From contig JAKEHZ010000090.1 of the NCBI GenBank assembly GCA_022614735.1, forward strand, positions 1 to 50,298: a stretch of 50,298 nucleotides of DNA, written 5' to 3'. The position numbers and the translations under genes were made by a program. Origin of the DNA: Acidobacteriota bacterium (lineage in GTDB: Bacteria > Acidobacteriota > Blastocatellia > RBC074). Every line of letters begins with the position of its first letter. Position 1 is the first letter of the stretch. Of this stretch, positions 32,498-42,854 are shown one piece after another. The notes beneath the pieces were generated by a model. It was given only the letters and a program-made list of their open reading frames with translations, was not told the origin of the DNA and ran no database searches.

Positions 32498-33091
32498 TTA
32501 CGGCTTAACAACGCCGATCACGCCGCATGCCTGTCGCCCTCCGGCATTACCCGTCGGCTGTGTTTTCAGATCATCAGGATTCGCGTGTACTATGACACCA
32601 CGCCCGATGATTGAGCTCGATCCATCAAGTTTGAGAGCCGAGTCGGTGGACTCAACATGCACCTTGCCATCCTGAGTGGCATCGATATTCCCAAGGTCGC
32701 CCACATGACGTTTCGCGTCGGCCGGCGCGCCGTGTGGCATTCCGGAAGGATTGAAATGGCCGCCCGCGGCGGCGCCGTCTTTCGAACTGCAATCGCCCCA
32801 CTCGTGGATGTGGAAGCCGTGTTTCCCGGGTGCAAGCCCTTCGATGTCAGCGACGACCTTCACTTTATCCCCCTCCTGGGTAAATCTCACCACGCCATGC
32901 ACTTTGTTGCCTTCGGTCGGATGCAATACGGCGATGGCTTTATTGATTCCAGTTTGTGCTGTGGAATGAGCCTCATTTTTTGCCGCTCCATGGTCCTTGC
33001 CTGAAATCCTCAAACCAAGACTCAAACCCGCGAATAGTAATAAGAGGCTCGCTATGCTGACAGCAATCGATGTTGCAGTGCGTTTTCTCAA
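32498..33091 (-). CDS. sodC: Periplasmic Cu/Zn superoxide dismutase
   Basis: Motifs HGFHIHEWGDCS, GGHFNP, HVGDLGN and GGRQACGVIG are present. There is an N-terminal signal/anchor. Confidence 0.92.
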   Translation of the reverse strand: MRKRTATSIAVSIASLLLLFAGLSLGLRISGKDHGAAKNEAHSTAQTGINKAIAVLHPTEGNKVHGVVRFTQEGDKVKVVADIEGLAPGKHGFHIHEWGDCSSKDGAAAGGHFNPSGMPHGAPADAKRHVGDLGNIDATQDGKVHVESTDSALKLDGSSSIIGRGVIVHANPDDLKTQPTGNAGGRQACGVIGVVKP

Positions 33092-33141
33092 GTGACCACT
33101 CCTTTTCTTCGATAAACGACAATGTGCGTCGTTGTCAGTTG

Positions 33142-34386
33142 TTATTTCGCGATTTTGGCGAATCGCGTTTTGAAATCCGAAACGCTCAATCCCGCGGTTC
33201 TGGCCAGCCTCTCAACCCAGGCTTCATCAGCAAAATCCCTGGCATTGATACGAACCATATAGTCGCGAGCTACCTGATAGCTTTCGGCCGTTATATCAAC
33301 CGCTCGCAGCTTACCTCGCCCGGTATGGTGATCTATTACTTCGTCGAGAGGAACTGGTGTAAATTCTCCGTCTTGCATCGTGATCATCACCCCGGAACCG
33401 CCGGCTTGCAAGTAATTTACTGCAACGTAGCCAAGGTCTCGCGCGTGCTCGGCGTCATAAGGGATCGGCGGCGCGCAGCGCAATTCATATCCAATCGTCT
33501 TATCAACGATGGTGACTTTAACGCCGCGCCTCTCGAGCCGCGCCTGCACTTCACTTTTCACCTTACGTCCGAGATCGATTTCGGCGACACGGATATGGCC
33601 CTGTGCATCGCGATCCACGGTCTGCAACTCAGTCACTTCCTGAGGGCTGAAATGCTCCGATAGGGCTTCGGACAAGAGGGCTACACCGTAACCTTTGCCC
33701 ATCGCGAGGCGTTTGATGACCGAGCCTTCAACTATGTCGCAGATGTCGGCGAGGCAAATCCCTTCCTGCGGAAACTCTTCAGGAATGATAGTGCAAGTAG
33801 CGCTGACCGCTGCGCCAATCCCCAGAGTGAGGTGACCGGTTGGACGGCCCATCGTTACGCCGATAAACCAGCGTCCCGTCGTCTTCGCATCTTCCATGAG
33901 ACTTTTGACGATGCCCACACCGACATGACGGGCTGTCTCGTACCCGAGCGTTGTGAGCGGCGCCGGCAATGGCAGATCATTGTCAATACTCTTGGGGATT
34001 TGAACGACTTTGATCGCGCCCTCCGACTTCTGCTCAATTGCAGCCGAGCTGGCAACAAGATCGTCTCCTCCGATAGTGACAAGAGCTTCAATTTCGAGTT
34101 TTTTAAGCGCCGCAATTGCATTCTCCAAACTCTGCGGCTCACGCGTGATGTCAGTTCGCGACGTCCCAAGAATACAGCCGCCGTCGAGGTGAATGTGAGA
34201 GACTTCGTCAGCCGCCAGCTCGTGCTGTTCGTCGGTGTAACGCTGCGCCAGCCATTCGAATCCATCGTGAAACCCAATCGGTGTGCAACCGTTATCGTGC
34301 GCCTTTAAGGCGACGGCCGCAATCACGTCATTAACTCCGGGCGCGGGGCCGCCGCCAACTAAGATGCCGAGTTTTTTGATAGCCAT
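33142..34386 (-). CDS. Phosphofructokinase family protein, PPi-type signature, diverged paralog
   Basis: 414 aa with GGGPAPGVN, GGDDL, PKSIDNDLPLP, MGRPTGH and GYELRC. Asp and Lys occupy the positions equivalent to E. coli PfkA G104 and G124. Confidence 0.8.
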   Translation of the reverse strand: MAIKKLGILVGGGPAPGVNDVIAAVALKAHDNGCTPIGFHDGFEWLAQRYTDEQHELAADEVSHIHLDGGCILGTSRTDITREPQSLENAIAALKKLEIEALVTIGGDDLVASSAAIEQKSEGAIKVVQIPKSIDNDLPLPAPLTTLGYETARHVGVGIVKSLMEDAKTTGRWFIGVTMGRPTGHLTLGIGAAVSATCTIIPEEFPQEGICLADICDIVEGSVIKRLAMGKGYGVALLSEALSEHFSPQEVTELQTVDRDAQGHIRVAEIDLGRKVKSEVQARLERRGVKVTIVDKTIGYELRCAPPIPYDAEHARDLGYVAVNYLQAGGSGVMITMQDGEFTPVPLDEVIDHHTGRGKLRAVDITAESYQVARDYMVRINARDFADEAWVERLARTAGLSVSDFKTRFAKIAK

Positions 34387-34393
34387 AAATATT

Positions 34394-35620
34394 TCAGACG
34401 AATCTCCTCTTCAATTCCTCAACCGAGAGATTTCCCGCCTGTGCCAGTTTCCCCAGCCAATCGAGATTTTCAAAATCTGTCTGCTCCAACCGCAGCATAT
34501 ATTCGCGCGCGACGCGAAAGCTTTCGCTCTTCACCTCAACATTGCGCACGCGAGTCTTGCCCGTGGATGGATCACGGATGTCGGCAAAGAGCAGTGGAAC
34601 CATTCGGCCATTCTGAATGCTGACCATTGCGCCGCTTCCACCACACATGAGAAAGCGGACTGCAGCATTGCCGAGTTCGCGGCAATAAGCCATATCGAAG
34701 GGAATCGGATCTACGCAGCGCAATTCATAACCAATATTCTTGCTGCTGATAGTGATGCGGAGGCCTCGTTGTTTGAATCGGCCTCCGAGCTCGACTTTGA
34801 CTTTACGCGCGAGGTCCACTTCCGCGAAACGAATATGGCCGTGGTCATCCAACTCCACGTCCTGGAGTTCCTTCAACTCATTCGGGTCCAACTTTTCGAT
34901 GAGTCCTTCGGCGAGAACCGCAATTCCGTAATGACGGCCCATCGCGCGACGTTTAATGATCGCGCCCTCGATGATGTCGCAGATTCTGGCGAAAGGAACC
35001 GTCTTCTGCTCGAACTCCTCGCGAATTAATGTGAGCGTCGCTCCCGCAGCTTTGCCGATTCCGAGCGCAAGATGCCCTGCCTGACGGCCCATCGCTACAA
35101 CGATATACCATCGTCGTGTCGCGTGGGCATCTTCCATCAAATTTTGCACGAGTTCCACACCGACGTGACGCGCGGTCTGAAACCCGAAAGTTGGGATATG
35201 TGCGGGCAGCGGCAAATCATTATCAATTGTTTTTGGCACATGAACCGTGCGAATGTCCGAGCGAGCCGCGACAGTACTCGATGACAATGCCGTGTCATCC
35301 CCGCCGATAGTGACGAGATGCGTGACGCTCAGTGCCTTGAGCGTCTCGACGACCGCAGTCATCGTTTCCTCCGATTTGGTCGGGTTTTCGCGCGCTGTGC
35401 CGAGAACCGAACCGCCGCGTAGATGAATACGCGATACATCGTCAATAGAGAGCGGCCGCACGTGCGAAGTTTCGCGTCTGAGCAGCCATTTGAAGCCGTC
35501 CTCAATCCCGACCACTTCAAAACCTTCGTCAATTGCTTTGATTGTCGCCGCAGAGATGACTGAGTTGATGCCGGGAGCAGGACCACCGCCGACAAGTATT
35601 GCCAATTTTTTCGCCGACAT
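34394..35620 (-). CDS. pfp: Pyrophosphate-dependent 6-phosphofructokinase (predicted from the GGDD / PKTIDND signature)
   Basis: 408 aa with GGGPAPGIN, GGDDT, PKTIDNDLPLP, MGRQAGH and GYELRC. Asp and Lys at the G104/G124-equivalent positions are the established discriminators for PPi over ATP. Confidence 0.82.
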   Translation of the reverse strand: MSAKKLAILVGGGPAPGINSVISAATIKAIDEGFEVVGIEDGFKWLLRRETSHVRPLSIDDVSRIHLRGGSVLGTARENPTKSEETMTAVVETLKALSVTHLVTIGGDDTALSSSTVAARSDIRTVHVPKTIDNDLPLPAHIPTFGFQTARHVGVELVQNLMEDAHATRRWYIVVAMGRQAGHLALGIGKAAGATLTLIREEFEQKTVPFARICDIIEGAIIKRRAMGRHYGIAVLAEGLIEKLDPNELKELQDVELDDHGHIRFAEVDLARKVKVELGGRFKQRGLRITISSKNIGYELRCVDPIPFDMAYCRELGNAAVRFLMCGGSGAMVSIQNGRMVPLLFADIRDPSTGKTRVRNVEVKSESFRVAREYMLRLEQTDFENLDWLGKLAQAGNLSVEELKRRFV

Positions 35621-35930
35621 TTCAGATACTCCTGACTCGATGAGGGAGAGGTGAATTAAGATGGGATTGTACTCAAGTTAATTTTGTTTGACCAGTGGGT
35701 CAGTTTCATAAATAACTCATCTTTTAGATTTCTCTTTTCTATCTTCTCACTGCCTATTTACTCACCCACTTGTGTGCCAGACGAGCAGTAAGGTATGATG
35801 CCTTCCATCGTGCCTCAATCTAATAGGTCACGAAGTTGTCTACTCGCATCTTTCGTTGTTCACTATTGATTAATCACATCCCGTCACTCCAATTCGATGA
35901 GTGACATTCTCGATTGGCAGGAGCCTGCTT

Positions 35931-37943
35931 ATGAACACTCGCAGAGAAGTAACTGTAGGTATTGGTGGGGCTGCCGGCGACGGACTCGACAAGACGGGTG
36001 ACACGATTGCCAAGACGTGCAGCCGCCTGGGACTCTACCTGAACGCCTACAACAGCTATCAATCGGTTATCCGCGGCGGCCACATATGGCTGCGCGTGCG
36101 TATCTCAGAACAGAAAATCTACTCGCACGGCGATCACTTGAACGTCCTGATTGCGCTTAATCAAGACGCTATCGAGCGCCACGCCCGCGAAGTCGCTTCG
36201 GGCGGCGCGATCATTTACAACTCAGACAAGCTCAAAGTCGATCCCGTGCTCATCGGCGACAACGTGCTGACAGCTCCCATGCCCGTCGCTGAGCTGATAA
36301 AACCTATGGGCAAACTTCCAGCCATCATGCAGAACACCGTCTCAATGGGCGCGATGCTCTATCTGCTCAACCTTGAATTTGAGATGGCGGCCGAGGTACT
36401 TGCCGATACCTTCAAGCATAAAGGCGATGCCGTCGTCGAGCAGAATGTGAATATCGCTCGCGCCGGTTACGATTATGCGAAAGAGAAATTCGTCCCTCTC
36501 GGCTACGAATGGGACTTCACACGCGTCCGTCGTCCGTTCGTAACCGGCAATGAATGCTTTGCGATCGGAGCCGTCGCTGCCGGATGCAAGTTTTATTCGG
36601 CATACCCCATGACGCCGGCATCTTCGATCCTCCACTGGATGGCCAATCACGGCGCGAAATGTGGAGTCTTGGTCAAACAATGCGAAGACGAACTGTCGGT
36701 CGTCAATATGGCCATTGGCGCTGGACACGCTGGTGTACGCGCGATGTGCGGCACATCAGGCGGCGGTTTCGCTCTGATGACCGAAGCCATAGGCATGGCC
36801 GGTATGATCGAAGCGCCGGTCGTGGTCATCGCAGTGCAACGCGGCGGCCCATCCACCGGCATTCCCACCAAGACCGAACAAGCCGATCTCAATCAAGTCT
36901 ACGGCGCATCGCAGGGCGACTATCCGCGCGTCATCATTGCCCCGACAGATACGACTGATTGTTACTTCACTGCGGTCGAGGCGCACAACCTGGCGGATAA
37001 GTATCAGCTGCCGGTAACGATCATCTCTGACCTCCTGCTCTCAGAGCATCCCGAGACAGTCGAGGCCGACGCCTTTCACCACGACGTACCCATCGAGCGC
37101 GGCGAGATTATCAGCGAGTGGCCCGATGGTGAGAAGGGGCAGTTCAAGCGATACGCCTTCACCAGGTCCGGCATCTCGCCCCGCGCTCTGCCCGGCACCG
37201 CAGGCGGAATGTATGTAGCGGCGACCGACGAACACGACGAAGAAGGCGTTGTCATCAGCGACGTCTTCACCGCACCGCCCGTGCGACGCAAGATTCAGGA
37301 GAAACGCATGCGCAAGATGGAAGCGGTGTTGGGCGAGCTTCAACCGCCGCAACTGGAAGGGCCGGCTGATGCTGAGCTCACGTTGGTCGGCTGGGGCTCG
37401 ACCAAAGGCGTGATCCACGAAGCGATTACGATGCTGGCCGAACAAGGCATCAGCGCAAATCACCTGCAGATCAAATACCTGCACCCATTCCACACAAAAG
37501 AGGTCAGTGAGATCTTAGGCAAGTGCAAACGCACGATTTGCGTCGAGGTCAACTTTACGGGTCAGTTCGCGAGACATCTGCGCGCCGAAACCGGCTACAG
37601 TGTTAACGACCTGGTCTTGAAATACGACGGCGAGCCGTTCGAACCGCATCACATCGTTGAGGAGGTGCGCGCGATCATAGAAGGCAAACCTCGCTCGACC
37701 GATGTTTCATTGGATGAGGCCCGCGAGATAGCCTATCACTATATCCGTGTGCATCTGGCCGACAAGGTACGGCCGGCGAATCTTGAGCAAGTGGATGGTG
37801 ATGATGAGCGGATGTGGCTGGTAGAGTTGGCCGGGCGCGAGAGCGGCGAGAAAGAAGGCGAATTGCGGATTGGTGTGGAGACCGGCTCGGTCTATTCGTG
37901 GGAGCCGAAAAAGGTCCTGAGTGCCGGCGCAGGATCTGATTAG
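35931..37943 (+). CDS. korA: 2-oxoacid:ferredoxin oxidoreductase, alpha (fused gamma-alpha) subunit
   Basis: The N-terminal gamma-like domain is IGGAAGDGLDKTGD. The alpha domain is AYPMTPASSILHW and CEDELSVVNMAIGAGHAGVRAMCGTSGGGFALM. The ATG at 35931 follows GGCAGGAG. Substrate is not assignable from sequence. Confidence 0.85.
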   Translation: MNTRREVTVGIGGAAGDGLDKTGDTIAKTCSRLGLYLNAYNSYQSVIRGGHIWLRVRISEQKIYSHGDHLNVLIALNQDAIERHAREVASGGAIIYNSDKLKVDPVLIGDNVLTAPMPVAELIKPMGKLPAIMQNTVSMGAMLYLLNLEFEMAAEVLADTFKHKGDAVVEQNVNIARAGYDYAKEKFVPLGYEWDFTRVRRPFVTGNECFAIGAVAAGCKFYSAYPMTPASSILHWMANHGAKCGVLVKQCEDELSVVNMAIGAGHAGVRAMCGTSGGGFALMTEAIGMAGMIEAPVVVIAVQRGGPSTGIPTKTEQADLNQVYGASQGDYPRVIIAPTDTTDCYFTAVEAHNLADKYQLPVTIISDLLLSEHPETVEADAFHHDVPIERGEIISEWPDGEKGQFKRYAFTRSGISPRALPGTAGGMYVAATDEHDEEGVVISDVFTAPPVRRKIQEKRMRKMEAVLGELQPPQLEGPADAELTLVGWGSTKGVIHEAITMLAEQGISANHLQIKYLHPFHTKEVSEILGKCKRTICVEVNFTGQFARHLRAETGYSVNDLVLKYDGEPFEPHHIVEEVRAIIEGKPRSTDVSLDEAREIAYHYIRVHLADKVRPANLEQVDGDDERMWLVELAGRESGEKEGELRIGVETGSVYSWEPKKVLSAGAGSD

Positions 37944-37960
37944 TATCTGTGCCTCAACAA

Positions 37961-38063
37961 CAGCAACCTGAAAGGTTGCTGTACATTTACTGATGAGTCG
38001 CTCATGTCGCGAGCGACGACCTGAAACAATGACAACTACCGGGAGCGCAAGCGCTCCCGGTAG
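37961..38063 (+). promoter_or_regulatory. Three stem-loops in the korA-korB spacer
   Basis: Stem-loop 1 is cagcaacct-gaa-aggttgctg (37961-37981). Stem-loop 2 is gtcgctc-atgtcgc-gagcgac (37997-38017). Stem-loop 3 is ctaccgggagcgc-aa-gcgctcccggtag (38036-38063). GAGGAG and the korB ATG at 38083 follow directly. Confidence 0.6.
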
Positions 38064-38082
38064 TGACAGAGGAGAGACAACA

Positions 38083-38964
38083 ATGGCAGCAGTGATAGAA
38101 CTCCCGATCTCAACTTACGAAAGCGTCGTTGATCCAGACTGGTGTCCGGGCTGTGGTGATTTCGGTGTGCTGCGCGCGCTCGAAATCGCGGCAGGCAAGC
38201 TCGGCATCCAACCTAAAGACCTGATGGTTGTTTCCGGCATAGGTTGTTCATCGAACCTGCCGGGTTTCATCCACACTTACGGCGTGCACAGCCTGCACGG
38301 GCGCGCGGTGGCGGTCGCGTCGGGCATCAAACTGGCCAATCACGGTTTGAAGGTAGTGATCACCGGCGGGGACGGTGATGGGTATGGCATCGGGATCGGG
38401 CATTTCATTCACGCAATGCGGCGCAATCTCGATCTGACTTACATCGTCATGAACAATCAGATCTACGGGTTGACGACAGGACAGGCCTCTCCCACGACGA
38501 TGAAAGAGATGCGCACAAAATCCACTCCTCAGGGCAATCTGGAATCGCCGATCAATCCTGTGGCGCTGGCGCTCGTCTCGGGCGCCACCTACGTTTCGCG
38601 CGGCTATTCGGGTGAGAACAAACATCTCGCCGATTTGATCGCCGGCGCGATCGAGCATCACGGGTTTTCGCTCGTCGATGTCTTCAGCCCGTGCGTGACT
38701 TACAACAAGGTCAACACCTACGAATTCTTCCGTAAGCGCGTTTACAAGCTTGAAGGAGAAGACGGCTACGACACGGCCAATGGCGAAGTGGCACTGCAGA
38801 GGTCATTCGAGTGGGGCGACCGCATTCCTATTGGAGTGTTCTATCGCGATGTGCAGCCGACTTATGATGACAGCGAACCGGCGCTGCACAACGGCCCGCT
38901 GGTGCAGCAGCAGATGGGGATGAGTAAAGAGTTATTTGATGAGTTGATGGAAGAGTTCATGTGA
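38083..38964 (+). CDS. korB: 2-oxoacid:ferredoxin oxidoreductase, beta (TPP-binding) subunit
   Basis: The N-terminal cysteine region is WCPGCGDFGVL. The TPP/Mg motif is GGDGDGYGIGIGHFIHAMRRNLDLTYIVMNNQIYGLTTGQ. The ATG at 38083 has a GAGGAG Shine-Dalgarno. Confidence 0.88.
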   Translation: MAAVIELPISTYESVVDPDWCPGCGDFGVLRALEIAAGKLGIQPKDLMVVSGIGCSSNLPGFIHTYGVHSLHGRAVAVASGIKLANHGLKVVITGGDGDGYGIGIGHFIHAMRRNLDLTYIVMNNQIYGLTTGQASPTTMKEMRTKSTPQGNLESPINPVALALVSGATYVSRGYSGENKHLADLIAGAIEHHGFSLVDVFSPCVTYNKVNTYEFFRKRVYKLEGEDGYDTANGEVALQRSFEWGDRIPIGVFYRDVQPTYDDSEPALHNGPLVQQQMGMSKELFDELMEEFM

Positions 38965-38970
38965 AGAACA

Positions 38971-39203
<233 letters not shown>

Positions 39204-39206
39204 GCT

Positions 39207-41234
39207 CTACCTTCCATTCAGGCACTTTTCAATCCACGCAAACTCACGCCGCATCTTGTCGATTTGATAACTCGGTATGGTCAGGCCGTGGCCCTGATCC
39301 GGGTAGATCACAAGCTGTGTAGTCACGCCCAGTCGTTTGAGTGTGCGATAGGTTTCCTGTGACTGACCGACCGGCACACGCTCGTCCTTTTCACCGTGAA
39401 AAATCAAGGTCGGTGTCTTGACCCTGGCCAGGTAAGTCAATGGTGATTGTTCATCGAACGTCTTTCGCGCTTCCCACGGTGTGCCGCCATGCAAGCGCTC
39501 GCGCTGCGCGACGATGTCGGCAGTCCCCCAGTACGAAACGGCATTCGATAACCCGGCGCCATATGCTGCGCATTTGAAACGATTCGTCTGGCCTATCAGC
39601 CATGCGCTCAGATACCCGCCGTAACTCCATCCCGCAACTGCAAGCCTGTTTTCATCAGCAATACCGCGCTTGATCAGATCGTCAATGCCGCTCAGGAGAT
39701 CTTCGTAATCAACTTTTCCGGCGAGTTTCGCGTTTGCCTGCGCGAATTTTGCGCCGTAATTCGCCGAGCCGCGAAAGTTCGGCATAAACACCACGTAACC
39801 ATGTGCCGCATAAATCTGTGGGAACGCGCCCCAGCTTGCATTGAAGCCTCTGACATATGCGCTTTCCGGCCCACCGTGAATGTAGGTCACAAGCGGATAG
39901 CGTTTGCCCGTTTGATAACCTACCGGATAAACCAGCAGACCCTCGATCTCCGTGCCGTCATTCGATCTCCATTTGACCGCTTCGACCTGACCGAGCGCGA
40001 ACTGTTCGATTTGTGGGTTGAGGTGTGTCAGAAAAACCGGGACCATAATGCGCGCGCTCAGGTACGCGACTTCAGTCGAGAGCCGCGGGTTTTCGTGAAC
40101 AAAGGCGATGTTCATGGCGTCGAGGGTCGCAGAGAAGTTCGTCGTCACACCTTCATCACGGGTTAACGCCAGCGGTTTTTGATCGAACACACTCATCGTG
40201 TAGATACGAGAGTTAACGCCTACCCCTGCAAGAATGACGAACCGCAGACTGTCGAAGACCCAGCGGTAACTTGTGATATAACCGTCGAAGTTCTTCCCCA
40301 GCACGCGCGGCTCGCCCCCCGAGCGGGAAACCACGTGAATCCGTAGCGGCCCGACGTTCGGGTCTTCATCGGAGTGGGCGAGGAAGGCGATCCATCGGCC
40401 ATCCGGTGAGAAGCGCGGCTCCGATTCAGCGCCATTGCCCTCGGTTATCTGCCGCGCGCCCGCAGTGTCATAAGGCGCGGCTTTCAAATCCGTTGGGACG
40501 ACAAAGACTTCAGTCGTGTGATTGTCCAGCAGCTTCGGCGTCGCTCGGGCGGTGAAAACGATCTGCGAACTGTCCTGCGACCAGTTGAAAGAGACGATAT
40601 GGCGTGAGCCTCTGGTCAATTGTTTTACCTCATTTGTTTTGACATCGACGATCCAGAGTTGCGCAGAGAGGTGATCCTCATCAACGACCAGCGGCGGCTT
40701 CGTCTTAAGCTTCTCTCGCGGCTCTTCAGCGATGATGGCGATTGACTGGCCATCAGGCGACCACTCGAAACTTCGTATCGCAGATTTGAATGAAGTCAGT
40801 TTCGTTGGCTCTCCCCCTTGAGTGTTGAGGAGAAAGATTTGCCCGCCGGATGATGAAGAGGAAAGAGGGTCTCTGACGTCATTCGCCCTCTCAGATAGAA
40901 AGGCTATACGACGTCCATCCGTGGACCAGCGTGGATGATCATCCCGCCCTGGATGTGAGGTCAAACGGATCGCAGGTTCGCGCGTGTCGTAGGCAAGCCA
41001 GATGTCTGAATTGAACCGGTCGCTTTCGCGATCCCAGGAAGTCACGACGAAAGAGACGCGGCGACCATCGGGCGAAATCTGCGCATCACTTGCCCGGTTG
41101 AGGCCAACGACATCCTCAACAGTCATTGGGCGTTTTGAGAGCGAGAATGCAATGACAACTAACGAACAAGATAAGAGCGAAACAAACAAGAAACGGAAAC
41201 GGATGGTCACAGTTCTCCTCGATCTATCTGCCAT
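39207..41234 (-). CDS. Secreted S9-family serine peptidase (beta-propeller plus alpha/beta-hydrolase)
   Basis: The ATG at 41234 gives MADRSRRTVTIRFRFLFVSLLSCSLVVIAFS. TolB-like blades include SPDGRRVSF, STDGRRIAF and SPDGQSIAI. The catalytic motifs are GWSYGG, GEKDERVP and DQGHGL. Confidence 0.88.
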   Translation of the reverse strand: MADRSRRTVTIRFRFLFVSLLSCSLVVIAFSLSKRPMTVEDVVGLNRASDAQISPDGRRVSFVVTSWDRESDRFNSDIWLAYDTREPAIRLTSHPGRDDHPRWSTDGRRIAFLSERANDVRDPLSSSSSGGQIFLLNTQGGEPTKLTSFKSAIRSFEWSPDGQSIAIIAEEPREKLKTKPPLVVDEDHLSAQLWIVDVKTNEVKQLTRGSRHIVSFNWSQDSSQIVFTARATPKLLDNHTTEVFVVPTDLKAAPYDTAGARQITEGNGAESEPRFSPDGRWIAFLAHSDEDPNVGPLRIHVVSRSGGEPRVLGKNFDGYITSYRWVFDSLRFVILAGVGVNSRIYTMSVFDQKPLALTRDEGVTTNFSATLDAMNIAFVHENPRLSTEVAYLSARIMVPVFLTHLNPQIEQFALGQVEAVKWRSNDGTEIEGLLVYPVGYQTGKRYPLVTYIHGGPESAYVRGFNASWGAFPQIYAAHGYVVFMPNFRGSANYGAKFAQANAKLAGKVDYEDLLSGIDDLIKRGIADENRLAVAGWSYGGYLSAWLIGQTNRFKCAAYGAGLSNAVSYWGTADIVAQRERLHGGTPWEARKTFDEQSPLTYLARVKTPTLIFHGEKDERVPVGQSQETYRTLKRLGVTTQLVIYPDQGHGLTIPSYQIDKMRREFAWIEKCLNGR

Positions 41235-42822
41235 GCAAAATCTTTCCGGATTTGATTCCGTTGTGCATACCACGTTCGATCACGACCTGCCCATTAACGA
41301 TCACGTAATCGATACCAACCGGAAATTGTTTAGGTTCCTGAAATGTCGCGCGGTCAATCACAGTCCTTTCATCGAAGATCACCAAATCCGCCGCCATTCC
41401 CGGTCGCAATAACCCGCGATCCCATAGGTTGAAGGTCTGAGCGGGCAGAGAGGTCATTTTGCGGACCGCTTCTTCCAGGCCGAGCAGTTTTTTCTCGCGA
41501 ACATAGATTCCAAGCACACGCGCGTTGTTGCCAAAGCCACGCGGATGCGGAATGCTCGCGCTGCCCGGCTCGATCACCCCGGCATCGGATGCGACCATCG
41601 TGAATGGCTGCTTGAAAATTCTCTCGACATCTCCTTCAGACATCTTGTGTAACACCATTTGCGCGCCTCCGGCCTGCAGGATGTCGATTATCTGCTCAGC
41701 TTGAGAATTGGCATCGCTCTTGTTCTTCACCATCTTCGTGACCTCAGCGATGTTTTTGCCATTGAAAGTCTGATTGGTCTGATGATTGGCTACAAAAGCG
41801 AAGGCGAAATCCCGAAACCCCTGCGCCTTTGCCTTATCGATCAATTCGCGACGGACACGCTCGCGTGTTGCCGCATCCTGCAATTTTTCTTTCGCTTTCT
41901 CCGAACCGCCTTCAAAAAGCCAGGATGGAAAGAGAATGCCGATACCTGTACTTCCCGCCGGATAAAGGTATTGATCAACTGTTACCTGCAATCCGCGCGC
42001 GCGGGCATCTTCGACCATCTTGATCGTACTCACGCTCGCGCCCCAGCGTTTCTTGCTTGAAATTTTGAAATGTGAGATTTCGACCGGACATCCGGCTTTC
42101 TCGCCGATCTCGATTGATTCTCTGATAGATTTCTCGACGAACTCGCCTTCGTCACGCATATGCGTCGCGTAAACTCCACCGTGTCGCGCCGCAACTTTCG
42201 CAAGTTCGACAATCTCGTCAGTCTTCGCATAGGTGCCGGGGATGTATTCGAGACCGGTCGATAAACCGACGGCTCCGTCGCGCATCGCCTTATCAACCAG
42301 CCCAAGCATCTTTTCTAATTCTTCCGGGGTTGGTGGGCGGTCAAAATCACCGTTCATTCCAGCACGACGAACGGTATTGTGGCCCACGAGCGAAGCGATG
42401 TTGATCGAGATACCGGTCTTTTCAAGCTCTGCAAACCATTCGCCTAAATTCGAGGCTGATCCGCCGCAATTACCAGTGACAACCGAAATCACACCCATAC
42501 GCAGGAAGTTTTCTGCAGCAGGAAGTCTGCCGATATTGCTCTCGATGTGCGTGTGAACGTCAATGAAACCGGGCGTGACGATCAGACCTTTTGCGTCAAT
42601 TGTTCTCGCAGCGCGCGTCGTTTCAACCTTGCCGATTTCGACTATGCGTCCGTCTTTGATTGCGATGTCGGCTTCGAACCAGGGATTGCCTGTGCCGTCG
42701 ACGACGTGGCCCCGAGAGATGATCAGATCGAAATCGGTAGCCGACGATACCTCGTGATGATTAACGGAAGACAGCATCGGGACTGTGATCAGAGTGAAGA
42801 GAAGGAGAATGATTCTTTGCAT
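41224..42822 (-). CDS. Secreted N-acyl-D-amino-acid deacylase (D-aminoacylase) family amidohydrolase
   Basis: The signal peptide is MQRIILLLFTLITVPMLSS. Motifs are DLIISRGHVVDGTGNPWFEADIAIKDGRIVEIG and GFIDVHTHIES, with a C-terminal beta-sandwich DYVIVNGQVV. Its stop overlaps the start of the downstream S9 gene by 11 nt. Confidence 0.82.
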   Translation of the reverse strand: MQRIILLLFTLITVPMLSSVNHHEVSSATDFDLIISRGHVVDGTGNPWFEADIAIKDGRIVEIGKVETTRAARTIDAKGLIVTPGFIDVHTHIESNIGRLPAAENFLRMGVISVVTGNCGGSASNLGEWFAELEKTGISINIASLVGHNTVRRAGMNGDFDRPPTPEELEKMLGLVDKAMRDGAVGLSTGLEYIPGTYAKTDEIVELAKVAARHGGVYATHMRDEGEFVEKSIRESIEIGEKAGCPVEISHFKISSKKRWGASVSTIKMVEDARARGLQVTVDQYLYPAGSTGIGILFPSWLFEGGSEKAKEKLQDAATRERVRRELIDKAKAQGFRDFAFAFVANHQTNQTFNGKNIAEVTKMVKNKSDANSQAEQIIDILQAGGAQMVLHKMSEGDVERIFKQPFTMVASDAGVIEPGSASIPHPRGFGNNARVLGIYVREKKLLGLEEAVRKMTSLPAQTFNLWDRGLLRPGMAADLVIFDERTVIDRATFQEPKQFPVGIDYVIVNGQVVIERGMHNGIKSGKILHGR

Positions 42823-42854
42823 GCTATCCTGATTTGGGAGAATTGTTTATTTTG

